Shown here one piece after another: positions 17,747-28,138 of a DNA stretch of 64,000 nucleotides. The first letter of the stretch is position 1; every line of letters begins with the position of its first letter. The DNA is from an uncultured Candidatus Saccharibacteria bacterium. Its GTDB lineage: Bacteria > Patescibacteriota > Saccharimonadia > Saccharimonadales > UBA4665. The translations under genes and the position numbers were made by a program. The stretch lies in contig CAYTOC010000003.1 in NCBI GenBank assembly GCA_964439405.1, forward strand, positions 20,480 through 84,479, read 5' to 3'. The notes beneath the pieces are model-generated. The model searched no databases, was not told the DNA's origin, and saw only the letters and a list, made by a program, of their open reading frames with translations.

Positions 17747-19189
17747 CTACTCAAACGTTCGCTGATAACTGCGTATCGTCCAGGTGGTCGTACCGGTTGA
17801 TAAACTGGTGCCAAAGGTGATATTGCCTGCGCCCTCCATATTTACGACTTGTCCGATTGCTGAGCCAACCAAGCCGCTACCTTCAATTTTTACCTCGGTC
17901 CAGTAGGCATGGAAGATTGATCCCGGATAGCTACCGCCACCATTAACGGTAATCCCACGCATTTCCTGCGAACGCTTCAGGTTGGTGCCTGTACAGTTCG
18001 GGTCGCAGCCGTTGTAGCTTGCAAAGCTAATAATGCGCGCTGCTGTGCCGCTGCCGTTTGCGATAATTTCACCACCACCACCCGCGCTCACGGTACCATT
18101 CACAACAATAACTGGCCAGCGATCACCCAGACTGTTTGCAATGCGTATCTTAGCACCACCACCAATGGTCAAGTTGCCAGTTATATACACATCGCCCGTA
18201 ATGGTTAAATCACACGAGCTTGCTAAGTTGACGTTACCGTTAAGCTGCAAATCTGCAGGCCATGTTCTGACGAAGCCAATCGGATTTACCCAGGTACTAC
18301 AGTTGTAGGTAGAATCATTTGCATTACCAGTAACTGCAACACGGCTGATATGTTCAGCTTTGTCATAGGTTGGCAAGGGGATAGATGGTGCCACGCACCC
18401 TGGGATCAGGCCACTGCCACCGGCTGTTCCTGCGCGGATCTGCGGTGGATTGGTGTTCCATTGTGATTCAGGGAATTTTGCCTGTGTTTGACCAGTAGCA
18501 CAAACCGATCCAATAATCTTAACGGTGCTCCAATCTGGTATGTTAATCGGCTGCGGAGCAGCACAGGGTTGCGGGTAGGTTGGGCCGGGGTTTGAACCGG
18601 TCGGGCAGGCATAGTTTGCAACGTTGATATTAACCGGGTTGGTATCGCTGCCTATCGCTGACGCGCCGCTCATTCGAATAGTGCCGTTTACGTGCACGTC
18701 AGAGTTGTTAACACTTGCACTACCACCCAATATCAGGCCGCCTGCACCTGCGTAGACTGACGGAGTGACAGAAGTCGTTCCAACAAGGCTGACCCTCACG
18801 CTGCGCTCCGCAACGAGCTTACCTGACTGCCCAAAGCGATACACACGAGCCGTAGAGCTAATAATACGCTCATTACCCGATCCGGTGGTGACAGTCGTTC
18901 GGTAGGTCGCGCGCCCACGGGTCTCGTCATTGAAGAACTCAACCTCTTCTGCAAAGCCTCCAAAATTATTGTCACTGTTCAACTCTTTTAAGGTGTACTC
19001 TACGCCAGCCTCAGCCGATAAGGTTGCATTTGCGCGGTAGACGTTGTCGCTAGTACGACCATACTGCGCAATGACCAGATCTGCCATAGAAAGACCCACG
19101 AAGGTAAGTAGTATACCCACAATCAGTATAGTAACGAGTACGACGCCTCGTTGATTTGAAGAATTATGCTTTGCTCGGAAGTGTTTCAT
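17747..19189 (-). CDS. PilX_N-type pilus-associated protein with a Gly/Asn-rich beta-helix-like repeat region
   Basis: NQRGVVLVTILIVGILLTFVGLSMADLV N-terminus. Repeats such as GGSASVNNSDVHVNGTIRMSG and ITGDVYITGNLTIGGGAKIRI. Confidence 0.6.
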   Translation of the reverse strand: MKHFRAKHNSSNQRGVVLVTILIVGILLTFVGLSMADLVIAQYGRTSDNVYRANATLSAEAGVEYTLKELNSDNNFGGFAEEVEFFNDETRGRATYRTTVTTGSGNERIISSTARVYRFGQSGKLVAERSVRVSLVGTTSVTPSVYAGAGGLILGGSASVNNSDVHVNGTIRMSGASAIGSDTNPVNINVANYACPTGSNPGPTYPQPCAAPQPINIPDWSTVKIIGSVCATGQTQAKFPESQWNTNPPQIRAGTAGGSGLIPGCVAPSIPLPTYDKAEHISRVAVTGNANDSTYNCSTWVNPIGFVRTWPADLQLNGNVNLASSCDLTITGDVYITGNLTIGGGAKIRIANSLGDRWPVIVVNGTVSAGGGGEIIANGSGTAARIISFASYNGCDPNCTGTNLKRSQEMRGITVNGGGSYPGSIFHAYWTEVKIEGSGLVGSAIGQVVNMEGAGNITFGTSLSTGTTTWTIRSYQRTFE

Positions 19190-19191
19190 CG

Positions 19192-19851
19192 TTATTGGTT
19201 CCTGAAGACCGTTCGTGTCTTATAACTTGCTTCAACAGGCTGTCCGTACTTGTGGGCGGCTAGGTCTAGGCTTACTTCAACGGATCGTGCGTTACTCGGT
19301 TCTACCTCGCTACCATTCCCATCGAAATAGCGGAGCGTGAAATTGTTAACGTCGCGTGCAAGAACGCTGTCAGCCGAGCATGTGTCGGTCGCTTGATCTT
19401 CGGGGCAGGTTGTTCGTGCGGCGTTGTTGGGCACGTCAACTGCCAGAACGCGTTTGTATAGGACTCGGTCACGCACGAAGTAGATTGTGTTATTTTTGTG
19501 GCTGGTATAGTGCAGCTCATCTGCGAAAAGGATATTGTTGCTACTGTCTTGCGCGGCGGTCGCCAGTACGAGCACAGTGGTACTGGATTCCCACGTATCG
19601 TCTCCGCCCGGTGCATGCTCATCAAGTAGGCTGCTTGTGCCATAGGCGTTACTGCTAATACGAATATCTTGCGTGACGGTGTCCAGGCTAATCTGAGCAT
19701 TGCGAAGTATATCTGCCCGCGCTGAATCAATGGATATTCTTACCAGTGAATTAGTCAAAAAGCCCATAATCACAAGGATTAAAATGCCGGTGATTGCTGT
19801 TGCAACCATCAGCTCGACTAGCGTAAATCCTTGTTGCCCTAGCTTTTTCAT
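19192..19851 (-). CDS. minor pilin (PilW-like), prepilin-type N-terminal methylation domain
   Basis: QQGFTLVELMVATAITGILILV. Confidence 0.75.
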   Translation of the reverse strand: MKKLGQQGFTLVELMVATAITGILILVIMGFLTNSLVRISIDSARADILRNAQISLDTVTQDIRISSNAYGTSSLLDEHAPGGDDTWESSTTVLVLATAAQDSSNNILFADELHYTSHKNNTIYFVRDRVLYKRVLAVDVPNNAARTTCPEDQATDTCSADSVLARDVNNFTLRYFDGNGSEVEPSNARSVEVSLDLAAHKYGQPVEASYKTRTVFRNQ

Positions 19852-20240
19852 TGGCCGATTCCTAACTGTCCTAGTATAGAGCTGAGCTGAACTTTCTTGT
19901 CGCGGTTACCGTCGCGGTAGGTGATGGTGATATCGACCCGCTTCATGTCTGGCTCTGGTTCGCTAATAGCTGCGATTGCCGAGCGCGGCGTAGGGAGGGT
20001 AGAGGGCAGGTCGTCCGTGAAGTCTATCTCGCTATCAGCTTCAAGTGAGCCGTAGTAATTATTCCGCAGCGACTCTATCTGTGCTTCGCCGGCGCGTGTG
20101 GCAGTTTCAAGTAGTCGGGTGCTGCGCTGCGTACCGCTAATAGTAATAAACAAGCTGGCGATTGCCAGGACAACGAGCCCAGTTACTACAATAGTAACTA
20201 CTAACTCCACGATGGTAAAACCCGCCCGATTGTGTGTCAT
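19848..20240 (-). CDS. minor pilin (PilV-like), prepilin-type N-terminus
   Basis: RAGFTIVELVVTIVVTGLVVLAI. Confidence 0.75.
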   Translation of the reverse strand: MTHNRAGFTIVELVVTIVVTGLVVLAIASLFITISGTQRSTRLLETATRAGEAQIESLRNNYYGSLEADSEIDFTDDLPSTLPTPRSAIAAISEPEPDMKRVDITITYRDGNRDKKVQLSSILGQLGIGQ

Positions 20241-20310
20241 ACTTATGCTTATTAGAATAGCAAAAACCAGCTGTAAAAGTACAGCTGGTTTGTTGCAGGT
20301 AGTGTAAAAA

Positions 20311-20700
20311 CTACTGGTTTACACTCTCGATAACGTACAGGCCGTTCGTTGCGGACGAGTCATTGTCGTTTTCTAGGTCTGCGGTAAGTGTGTAGGTCTG
20401 ATAATCAGACGCAACATCATACTGGTAGACATATGGATCAGTATTCTTAGGATCTGTAGGAACTTCGCTGAGGTAGTCATCAACCAGGTCCTCCAGATCA
20501 GCAGGATACGCGTTGTTGTCGTTGTAGTACGTCTCAAGCTGCTGGCTGATGTTCTTCAGATCGTTCTTGCGGTCTGTATCACGGCCACGGGCTTGTGCTG
20601 CGAACAGCTGCGGTAGTGCTAGAGCCACCAAGATACCGATGATTACGATTACAACCAAGAGTTCGATGATTGTAAAGCCTTTTTGATTTGTTTTGCGCAT
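20311..20700 (-). CDS. pilA: type IV major pilin
   Basis: QKGFTIIELLVVIVIIGILVALALPQ. Own TATAAT promoter, ~45-nt leader and G-rich SD. Confidence 0.8.
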   Translation of the reverse strand: MRKTNQKGFTIIELLVVIVIIGILVALALPQLFAAQARGRDTDRKNDLKNISQQLETYYNDNNAYPADLEDLVDDYLSEVPTDPKNTDPYVYQYDVASDYQTYTLTADLENDNDSSATNGLYVIESVNQ

Positions 20701-20780
20701 AGAGTGCCCCCCTAGTGATGCATATTTAATTTAGTTACCCCTTCAAATTATACCGGTTATGGTTGCTTGTCAATAGGGAT

Positions 20781-21995
20781 TTACTGAACACTGCCTTGTA
20801 GTGCGGTAATTGGGCCAAGAACGCTCGCCACAATGAAGCCGACAATTGATCCGAGGCTAACGATAAGAATCGGCTCAATAATGGAAGACATGCTGGCGAT
20901 AACGGTATCGACCTCGTCTTCATAAAACTCAGCAACTTTATTCAGCACGGTGTCTATTTGTCCGGTTTCTTCGCCCACGGCAGCCATTTGGATAACGATT
21001 TGTGGCAGGATGTGGCTCTCGTTTAGGCTATCTGCGATGCTCTGGCCGTTTTTGATTGACTTGCTGGCATCAAGGAGGGCTTTACGCAGAACGCTGTTTG
21101 AGAGCGCTCCAGCCGTTGTCTCGAGTGCTTCAATAACTGATACGCCGGCACCAAGTAGTGAGCTGAAGGTGCGTGCAAAGCGCGCAACATTCACTTTCAT
21201 AATTATTGGGCCGAATATCGGCATTTTGAGCGCAAGCCTATCTATGGTGAATCGTCCACTCGGCCGCTTGATGTACTGGCGAAAGGCGAATATAGCTATA
21301 ATGACTATTCCCAACAGAATCGGCCATTGGTTCAATAAGAAGTCGCTGATGGCAATGGTAATTTTGGTCATGAAAGGTAGCTCTCCACCGTTTTCGACGA
21401 GAATGGAAGTCAGTTTTGGTATGACACTGACCATCAGGAAGATAACAGCTACTACTGCAACGACAGACACGACGGCAGGGTAGGTCATGGCGCCTTTTAG
21501 CTTTGCCTTTATCTTACTGTCTTTCTCAACCTGCGTGGCCAGGCGCTGCAGAACTACGTCCAGGATACCGCCCGCCTCACCAGCAGCGACCATATTCACG
21601 TATATCTCAGAAAAGATTTTAGGATGCTTTGCCAATGCTTCAGAAAGCTGCAGACCACCCTGAACATCGGCGGTTATTTGGTCAAGCGCCACCCGTAAAG
21701 GCGCTGATTCGCTCTGTTCCTTAAGGGTTGATAAAGCGCGCATCATCGGCACGCCAGCATTGATCATAGTAGAAAATTGTCGCGTGAAAATGACGATATC
21801 TTTTGCCTTCACTTTATTGCTGCCGGGCATTTTGATGTCCATGTTCATACCGGTCTTAGCGGCTGGCTTTACGAGGAGTGGATGCAGGCCTTTTTGCTGC
21901 AGTGTCAGCTGTGCGGATTTTTTATCGGTCGCGGTAATAGTGCCTGTCTGTGTGGCGCCAGAGGGAGTTCTAACGGTATAAGTAAACTCGGCCAT
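20781..21995 (-). CDS. pilC: type IV pilus platform protein PilC (GspF family)
   Basis: Duplicated GspF-domain pattern with 3 TM segments. Confidence 0.93.
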   Translation of the reverse strand: MAEFTYTVRTPSGATQTGTITATDKKSAQLTLQQKGLHPLLVKPAAKTGMNMDIKMPGSNKVKAKDIVIFTRQFSTMINAGVPMMRALSTLKEQSESAPLRVALDQITADVQGGLQLSEALAKHPKIFSEIYVNMVAAGEAGGILDVVLQRLATQVEKDSKIKAKLKGAMTYPAVVSVVAVVAVIFLMVSVIPKLTSILVENGGELPFMTKITIAISDFLLNQWPILLGIVIIAIFAFRQYIKRPSGRFTIDRLALKMPIFGPIIMKVNVARFARTFSSLLGAGVSVIEALETTAGALSNSVLRKALLDASKSIKNGQSIADSLNESHILPQIVIQMAAVGEETGQIDTVLNKVAEFYEDEVDTVIASMSSIIEPILIVSLGSIVGFIVASVLGPITALQGSVQ

Positions 21996-21998
21996 GGC

Positions 21999-23792
21999 CT
22001 ATGATTCCCCACTTGCGGTTACGCGAAGGATCTCTTCGATAGTCGTCATGCCACGCAGTGCTTTTATAAGGCCATCTCTTTGCATAGTCATCATCCCGTG
22101 CTCGACAGCCGTGCGTTCAATCGCATCACTCGTAGCGCCGCTAACAATAAGCTTCTGGATTTCTTCACTGTTCTCAAGGACTTCATATATACCACCGCGC
22201 CCTTTGTAGCCGGTGTGACCGCAAGTATCGCAGCCGTCGTTATTTGCACGCCATATGGTGGTTATAGTCTTGTCGGTGGTGGTTACAGTACCTGAGCTGC
22301 CACCTAGGTTTTCATCGATAGCTTGCTTTTCAAGTGCATGTAATTGTGCCATAGCACCTGGTTTATCAAGATTAAATGCCTTGGTTATGTCTGCAAGTGT
22401 TGCAGCATCGGGTTTGATGGAGGTTCGGCAATCCGGACATAACCGACGCACAAGACGCTGGCCAACCACAACGCGCACGGTGCTAGCTATAAGGAAAGGT
22501 TCGATGTTCATGTCTAAAAGACGTGGCAGACAGGTTGCGGCGTTATTAGTGTGCAGCGTACTAAACACAAGGTGACCTGTAAGTGCGGCCTGTACAGCCA
22601 AGCTGGCGGTTTCGCCATCGCGAATCTCACCAACCATAATAATGTTTGGGTCTTGACGCAGCAGTGCGCGCAGACCGCCGCTAAATGTCATATTCGCCTG
22701 CGGGTTAACCTGTGTTTGGTTGGCGCCGATAATTTTATATTCAATCGGATCTTCAATTGTAGAGATATTGACCGTTGGTTTATTGAGAATACTGAGACTA
22801 CTAAACAGACTGGTCGACTTACCAGAACCCGTTGGGCCAGTCACGAGAATCATACCGTGCGGCTGGATAATCGCTTGATTGATGCTCTTTAGTGAAGCGC
22901 CCCAATAGCCAAGCTCTTCAAGCGTTGCCGGCTTGCCTGATTCGTTCAGAATACGCATTACCACTTTTTCGCCATCAACAATCGGTAAGGTCGAGACGCG
23001 CAAGGCAAAGACTTGGCCGGCAAACTGTACTTTAAAGCGGCCATCTTGTGGGGCGCGATGCTCGTCAATCTTCAGGTTCGACAAAATCTTAATACGTGAT
23101 ACCAATGCGCCAAGGACTTTTCGCGGTAGTTTGTTGGCCTCGCGTAAAATACCATCAATGCGGTAGCGTACAACGACGTTATTCTCGCGCGGCTCGATGT
23201 GTATATCACTGGCACCGGATTTAACGCCATACTCAATAATCAGGTTAACGGTCTGCGCAATCGGCGAATCTTCTGCGACGTCTTCCTCGCTGACATCACT
23301 CGCATCAGAATCGGTTGCTTCCTCTTCTGAGATAACTTTCGTCAGCTCGTTGCCGATACTACCGCGATACTGCTCAAGCGCCGCCTGAATTTGACTGGCG
23401 GTTGCGATATGAATCGCCACGCCGCTGCCTAGTTGCTTCTCCAGGAAGCTCGTCGCCTCAACATCATCCGGATCTTCCATAGCAAGCTGCTTTGTGCCGT
23501 CTTCGGCGATATCGAAGACCACAGCGTGGTACTGATGAGCTGTACGCTCAGGGATGAGGCGCAGAGTAGCGCGTTTGATTTCTGCGGGGTTAAGCTCAAC
23601 GAACGGCGTGTCGATTTCTTCCGCGTAGAGCTTAGTCAGATCTTTCTCAGAAATGACATTGCCGCGCACGACTAAATCCTGCAGGGGTTTTTTCTCGGTT
23701 TTCTCTTGTTCTCGGAGCGCCTTTAACTGCTCATCGGTTACCTTGCCCGCCCCAAGTAGAAGTTTTTCAACCAATGAATCAGATATACGCAT
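21999..23792 (-). CDS. pilB: type IV pilus assembly ATPase PilB (GspE family)
   Basis: VTGPTGSGKSTS, MVGEIRD and a CxxC...C..CGHTGY zinc motif. Confidence 0.95.
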   Translation of the reverse strand: MRISDSLVEKLLLGAGKVTDEQLKALREQEKTEKKPLQDLVVRGNVISEKDLTKLYAEEIDTPFVELNPAEIKRATLRLIPERTAHQYHAVVFDIAEDGTKQLAMEDPDDVEATSFLEKQLGSGVAIHIATASQIQAALEQYRGSIGNELTKVISEEEATDSDASDVSEEDVAEDSPIAQTVNLIIEYGVKSGASDIHIEPRENNVVVRYRIDGILREANKLPRKVLGALVSRIKILSNLKIDEHRAPQDGRFKVQFAGQVFALRVSTLPIVDGEKVVMRILNESGKPATLEELGYWGASLKSINQAIIQPHGMILVTGPTGSGKSTSLFSSLSILNKPTVNISTIEDPIEYKIIGANQTQVNPQANMTFSGGLRALLRQDPNIIMVGEIRDGETASLAVQAALTGHLVFSTLHTNNAATCLPRLLDMNIEPFLIASTVRVVVGQRLVRRLCPDCRTSIKPDAATLADITKAFNLDKPGAMAQLHALEKQAIDENLGGSSGTVTTTDKTITTIWRANNDGCDTCGHTGYKGRGGIYEVLENSEEIQKLIVSGATSDAIERTAVEHGMMTMQRDGLIKALRGMTTIEEILRVTASGES

Positions 23793-23899
23793 TGCTTATG
23801 CTTAGCAGTATAAAAGATTATGACATGTAAGCACAATGTCTAGTGGTGTATACTTAAGCGTAAAGCGTGGGATAACAAAACCAAAGAGGAGGGCTTAAC

Positions 23900-24928
23900 G
23901 TGGCTACAGATAAAACAACTGATAAAAAGGGCAGTGCCGAAGCAGAGGGCAAAGCGAAAGCGCTGGGTTTAGCACTCGAAACAATCGAAAAGCAGTTTGG
24001 CAAAGGCTCAATTATGAAGCTTGGTGAGCGTACGGAGTCACAAGTGGAAACGACGCCAACTGGTTCAATTAGCCTTGATATAGCGTTAGGCGGCGGCATA
24101 CCGCGTGGCCGTATCATAGAAGTTTATGGTCCGGAGTCCAGTGGTAAGACAACGCTGACACTACACGCGATTGCAGAGATTCAAAAACGCGGCGGCACAG
24201 CGGCGTTCATTGATGCTGAGCACGCGCTTGACCCAGCATACGCTAAGCGTATCGGTGTTGATATCGACAACCTGCTACTTTCACAGCCAGATAACGGTGA
24301 GCAGGCGCTTGAGATTGCTGAGACACTGGTGCGTTCAAACGCAGTTGACCTTGTGGTTGTAGACTCTGTAGCAGCATTGACGCCGCGTGCTGAAATTGAG
24401 GGCGACATGGGCGACAGCCACATGGGCTTGCAGGCACGCCTGATGAGCCAAGCACTGCGCAAACTTACTGGTGTGATTAGCCGCAGCAAAACTACGGTTA
24501 TATTCATCAACCAAATCCGTATGAAGATTGGCGTTATGTTCGGCAACCCAGAAACGACAACTGGTGGTAACGCGCTCAAGTTCTACGCCAGCGTGCGCAT
24601 GGATATTCGCCGCGTGTCACAGATTAAACTGGGCGAGGAAATTATCGGCAACCGTACGCGCGTGAAAGTCGTGAAGAACAAGATTGCGCCGCCATTCCGC
24701 CAGGCAGAATTCGATATCATGTACAACAAGGGTATTAGCCGCTCAGGGGATGTGCTTGACCTATCCGTAGAGCACGGCATTGTTGAAAAGTCAGGTGCGT
24801 TCTACAAGTACAATGGCGAAACAATTGGTCAGGGCCGCGAGAAAACAAAAGACTACCTAGAAGAAAATCCGAAAGTCCTCGAAGAAATCGCCAAAAAAGT
24901 CACCGCCGCCGCCAAAGCCAAGGAGTAG
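23900..24928 (+). CDS. recA: recombinase RecA (GTG start)
   Basis: [18 protein letters not shown] and other canonical RecA motifs. AGAGGAGGG SD. Confidence 0.98.
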   Translation: MATDKTTDKKGSAEAEGKAKALGLALETIEKQFGKGSIMKLGERTESQVETTPTGSISLDIALGGGIPRGRIIEVYGPESSGKTTLTLHAIAEIQKRGGTAAFIDAEHALDPAYAKRIGVDIDNLLLSQPDNGEQALEIAETLVRSNAVDLVVVDSVAALTPRAEIEGDMGDSHMGLQARLMSQALRKLTGVISRSKTTVIFINQIRMKIGVMFGNPETTTGGNALKFYASVRMDIRRVSQIKLGEEIIGNRTRVKVVKNKIAPPFRQAEFDIMYNKGISRSGDVLDLSVEHGIVEKSGAFYKYNGETIGQGREKTKDYLEENPKVLEEIAKKVTAAAKAKE

Positions 24929-24933
24929 AGTTC

Positions 24934-25539
24934 GTGCAAGTTACCGCCATAAAAGCGCAGGTAAAACGGGCAGGGCGGTATTCGATTTTTGTTGATGGGA
25001 AGTATAGTTTTAGCCTGAGTGACACGGCACTGCTCGACAGCAAGCTGGTGAGCGGACAAGAGCTTACCAGAGAAGAATTGGGGAAGTTAAAACAATTATC
25101 AGATGACGACAAACTCTGGTCAAAAATTTTAAACTACACTGCCCTGCGCCCCCGCTCTGTTTGGGAAGTAGAGCAGTACCTGAAGCGCCACCACTCCCCC
25201 GCCCCGCAAGTACAAGAAATACTTAACAAGTTAAGTAAATTAGATATGCTTAATGATAAAGCATTTGCGCACTCTTGGGTGGAGAGCCGTCGCCTACTCA
25301 AGCCCACTTCCCGACGCAAATTGGAATTAGAACTAAAGCAAAAACGCATCGCAGATGAAATCATTAGGGAAGTTCTAGCTGAAGACGCTCCTGATGAACG
25401 TGCCCTGCTGAGGGAACTGATAGCAAAAAAAACTAAACAAGCTAAGTTTCAAGATAAAACTAAACTGATGCAATATTTAGCTCGTCAGGGTTTCGGCTAC
25501 GACGACATAAAGTCTGTGTTATCGGAAGACGAAGCCTAG
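24934..25539 (+). CDS. recX: RecX regulatory protein (GTG start)
   Basis: Position after recA, with three-helix repeat composition (ALRPRSVWEVEQYLKRH...). Confidence 0.8.
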   Translation: MQVTAIKAQVKRAGRYSIFVDGKYSFSLSDTALLDSKLVSGQELTREELGKLKQLSDDDKLWSKILNYTALRPRSVWEVEQYLKRHHSPAPQVQEILNKLSKLDMLNDKAFAHSWVESRRLLKPTSRRKLELELKQKRIADEIIREVLAEDAPDERALLRELIAKKTKQAKFQDKTKLMQYLARQGFGYDDIKSVLSEDEA

Positions 25540-25544
25540 CCGTT

Positions 25545-26060
25545 TTATGCGGGCACTCCGGCTGGTGCCCGCATTGTTTTCTCAAGATCCTGGATGATAA
25601 TTTTCTTGGGTGTGACTTCCTGAATTTGCGTACGATCAATACCTAGGTTGCCGCCGGTAAAGCTTTTCATAAATGACTGGCTGGCGTAAACCTTCTGGAT
25701 ATACATCGTGTTTGTTTCGACAGCGTAGTCTGAGACTTTGCCAACTCGCTGCTTACTAACGGTCACAACTCGTTTACCTATCGGGTCAAACCCAATGTGG
25801 ATGATTTTCTTGAGCCGCACGATTTCTTCTGGCTCGGTCAGTACATCGTAATCATTGACCACAAGACCTTGCGGCAAGACGTCGCGGATATCTTGGTAGA
25901 CAAGCACTAATGTTTTTTTACTGCGCGAGTCATAGCAGAAAAAACCCTCAATTTTAAAGTTATCAGGATTAATAATTGCACTCGTTGTTGTAGCTACTGG
26001 CACACCTGTGCGCAAAGATAAAACGGGTTTAGCCAGAAATGATCCACTAAGCTGAAGCAT
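25545..26060 (-). CDS. PRC-barrel-like domain protein
   Basis: KPVLSLRTGVPVA...IINPDNFKIEGF and a second GKRVVT..VGKVSDYAVE repeat. The start may be 26090. Confidence 0.5.
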   Translation of the reverse strand: MLQLSGSFLAKPVLSLRTGVPVATTTSAIINPDNFKIEGFFCYDSRSKKTLVLVYQDIRDVLPQGLVVNDYDVLTEPEEIVRLKKIIHIGFDPIGKRVVTVSKQRVGKVSDYAVETNTMYIQKVYASQSFMKSFTGGNLGIDRTQIQEVTPKKIIIQDLEKTMRAPAGVPA

Positions 26061-26118
26061 ATACGTTATTATACTGCGTTTGCGCTCCATTGGTGCAGTT
26101 TTGTATTATGTAAGTGAA

Positions 26119-26574
26119 ATGGAATATGCCGTAGCGACCCACACACCCGAGGAAACAGAACGACTTGGCTTGGCAATAGGCCAGAATATGCGCGGCGGCG
26201 AGGTAATCGAACTAATCAGCGATCTTGGCGGCGGCAAGACAACCTTTACGCGGGGTTTAGTCGCCGGGTTAGCAAGCCCAGATACGGTTATGAGTCCGAC
26301 ATTTACGGTGAGCCGCGAATATAGCGGCGGACGCCTGCATGTGTACCACTTTGACTTTTATCGGCTACCAGAGCCTGGCATCATTGCCGATCAAGTAGCA
26401 GAAGTCGCCCAAGACCCCGATGCGGTGGTTGTAATTGAGTGGGCCGAGGCGGTGCGCCATGTACTGCCAAAAGATCGTGTGGTGATTAAGATAATCACTG
26501 AAGGTAACTTTGACCGTACATTTCAGGTGACTTGCCCAGATACAAAGCCGTATGTGCTTGAGGACATCGTTTAA
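26119..26574 (+). CDS. tsaE: tRNA t6A biosynthesis ATPase TsaE
   Basis: GGEVIELISDLGGGKTTFTRG...SPTFT. Start set to ATG 26119; the listed start is 26080. Confidence 0.85.
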   Translation: MEYAVATHTPEETERLGLAIGQNMRGGEVIELISDLGGGKTTFTRGLVAGLASPDTVMSPTFTVSREYSGGRLHVYHFDFYRLPEPGIIADQVAEVAQDPDAVVVIEWAEAVRHVLPKDRVVIKIITEGNFDRTFQVTCPDTKPYVLEDIV

Positions 26575-26963
26575 TGCTGATACTCACCTTACGCACCGAT
26601 AAGCCGGAGGCGGAGGTTGGACTGTATGAAGATAGCAACCAGCTTATGTATCACGTGTGGCGGGCGCACAGGCAACTTGCCGAAACGCTACATAGTAAAA
26701 TAACAGAGCTTTTAGGTTCGCAGGCAAAAAACCTACAGGATATTAAAGGCATTGTTGTCTATAAAGGCCCTGGTAGTTTTACAGGGCTTCGCATTGGCAT
26801 AAGTACAGCTAATGCATTGGCATATAGCCTAAACATCCCTATCGTTGCGCAAGCAAATCCGTGGATTGAAGACGGCATTGCTCGTTTGCTTGCTGGTGAA
26901 AGTGACGGAACTGCTCTGCCTGAATACGGTGCTCCTGCATTTACCACGCAGCCGAAAAAATAA
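26574..26963 (+). CDS. tsaB: TsaB-like protein, short form (N-terminal half only)
   Basis: KGPGSFTGLRIGISTANALAY. Only 129 aa. ATGA-type coupling to tsaE. Confidence 0.75.
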   Translation: MLILTLRTDKPEAEVGLYEDSNQLMYHVWRAHRQLAETLHSKITELLGSQAKNLQDIKGIVVYKGPGSFTGLRIGISTANALAYSLNIPIVAQANPWIEDGIARLLAGESDGTALPEYGAPAFTTQPKK

Positions 26964-26996
26964 AGCACAAGTGATATACTGATAACAGGTACACAT

Positions 26997-27974
26997 ATGT
27001 CACATAATACGGCGGGACAAAACAAAAAGGATATTGCTTCGAGGCGCTGGTTAATCAGTGATTTTGTAGATCCAGTATCACCTTCTCCGGCGCGACGTCG
27101 AGGCCAAGTTATTCACGCCCGCGGGGTACACCAAGTTGCTGCGCGCACAAAGCGGCTTCGGCTAGCTCCAGCTCCAAAGAACGCTTCTACCATTCAGCCG
27201 CAGGACGTCGCCTCAAGCGATGCTCCTACCATTCAACCACAGGCACCACAGATATCAAATACACCACTATTAACACCGGTCACACCCAACAAAAAAAGGG
27301 CTAACTCACGGCCGAAACGATCATTTTTCTCCCGCCGGCCAGTGTTGCTTACTCTAGCGGCGTTTATATTTGTGCTTGGAGCGGGGGTGAGTATTTGGGG
27401 ATGGCGCGCAAATCTGCAGGTTGAGGCGCAGCTTGAGCAGCTCACTAATTCTGCTGATGTAGATGAAGCGCCGCCTTCTACCGAGAAGCCAACAGACGAG
27501 CAAATCCGCGCTCATGTTGTCGCAGCGAATATGCCACGTTATTTAATTATTGAAAAACTAGGTATTAAAGCGCGAGTGCAAACACTCGGCTTAACCAAAA
27601 AAGGTGCGGTGCAGGCGCCGGCGAATGTCTATGACGTTGGCTGGTATAGTGGTTCGTCATTGCCCGGAGTTGCTGGCGGAGCCTCATTCATGGACGGACA
27701 TGTATCAAGTTGGAGCACGGCCGGTATCTTCAAAAATCTTTCCAAACTAGCAGAGGGCGACATCGTAAAGGTAGAACTTGGTAGTGGCGAAGTGCTTTCC
27801 TACCAAGTCGTAAAGACTGAAGCCAGTAGTGTCGAAACTGTAGATATGCAAGCTGCCTTAACGCCCGTCACGGTAGGTAAAGCTGGGCTAAACCTCATGA
27901 CCTGTCATGGCGATGTCCGTTCCGGCACGAGCGACTTTACAGAACGCCTCACGGTCTTCACGCAGCAAATATAA
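26997..27974 (+). CDS. class F-like sortase with long Pro-rich N-terminal region and TM anchor
   Basis: VGWYSGSSLPGVAGGASFMDGHV...LNLMTCHG (TLxTC-type Cys). Confidence 0.7.
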   Translation: MSHNTAGQNKKDIASRRWLISDFVDPVSPSPARRRGQVIHARGVHQVAARTKRLRLAPAPKNASTIQPQDVASSDAPTIQPQAPQISNTPLLTPVTPNKKRANSRPKRSFFSRRPVLLTLAAFIFVLGAGVSIWGWRANLQVEAQLEQLTNSADVDEAPPSTEKPTDEQIRAHVVAANMPRYLIIEKLGIKARVQTLGLTKKGAVQAPANVYDVGWYSGSSLPGVAGGASFMDGHVSSWSTAGIFKNLSKLAEGDIVKVELGSGEVLSYQVVKTEASSVETVDMQAALTPVTVGKAGLNLMTCHGDVRSGTSDFTERLTVFTQQI

Positions 27975-28138
27975 TTATTGCCCCAAAGCGTACAGACGCG
28001 TATAGTAAGTTTTAGGAATTACATCTTTATGTGAATCCGTTTTGGGAAATTTTAGTACAATTCGATTTTATGATTACCGTCTGTGGGCTAGAGAAGTGAT
28101 AGCGATGCTCCGGGTAATCTGTCGGTAGAAAGGCATAC

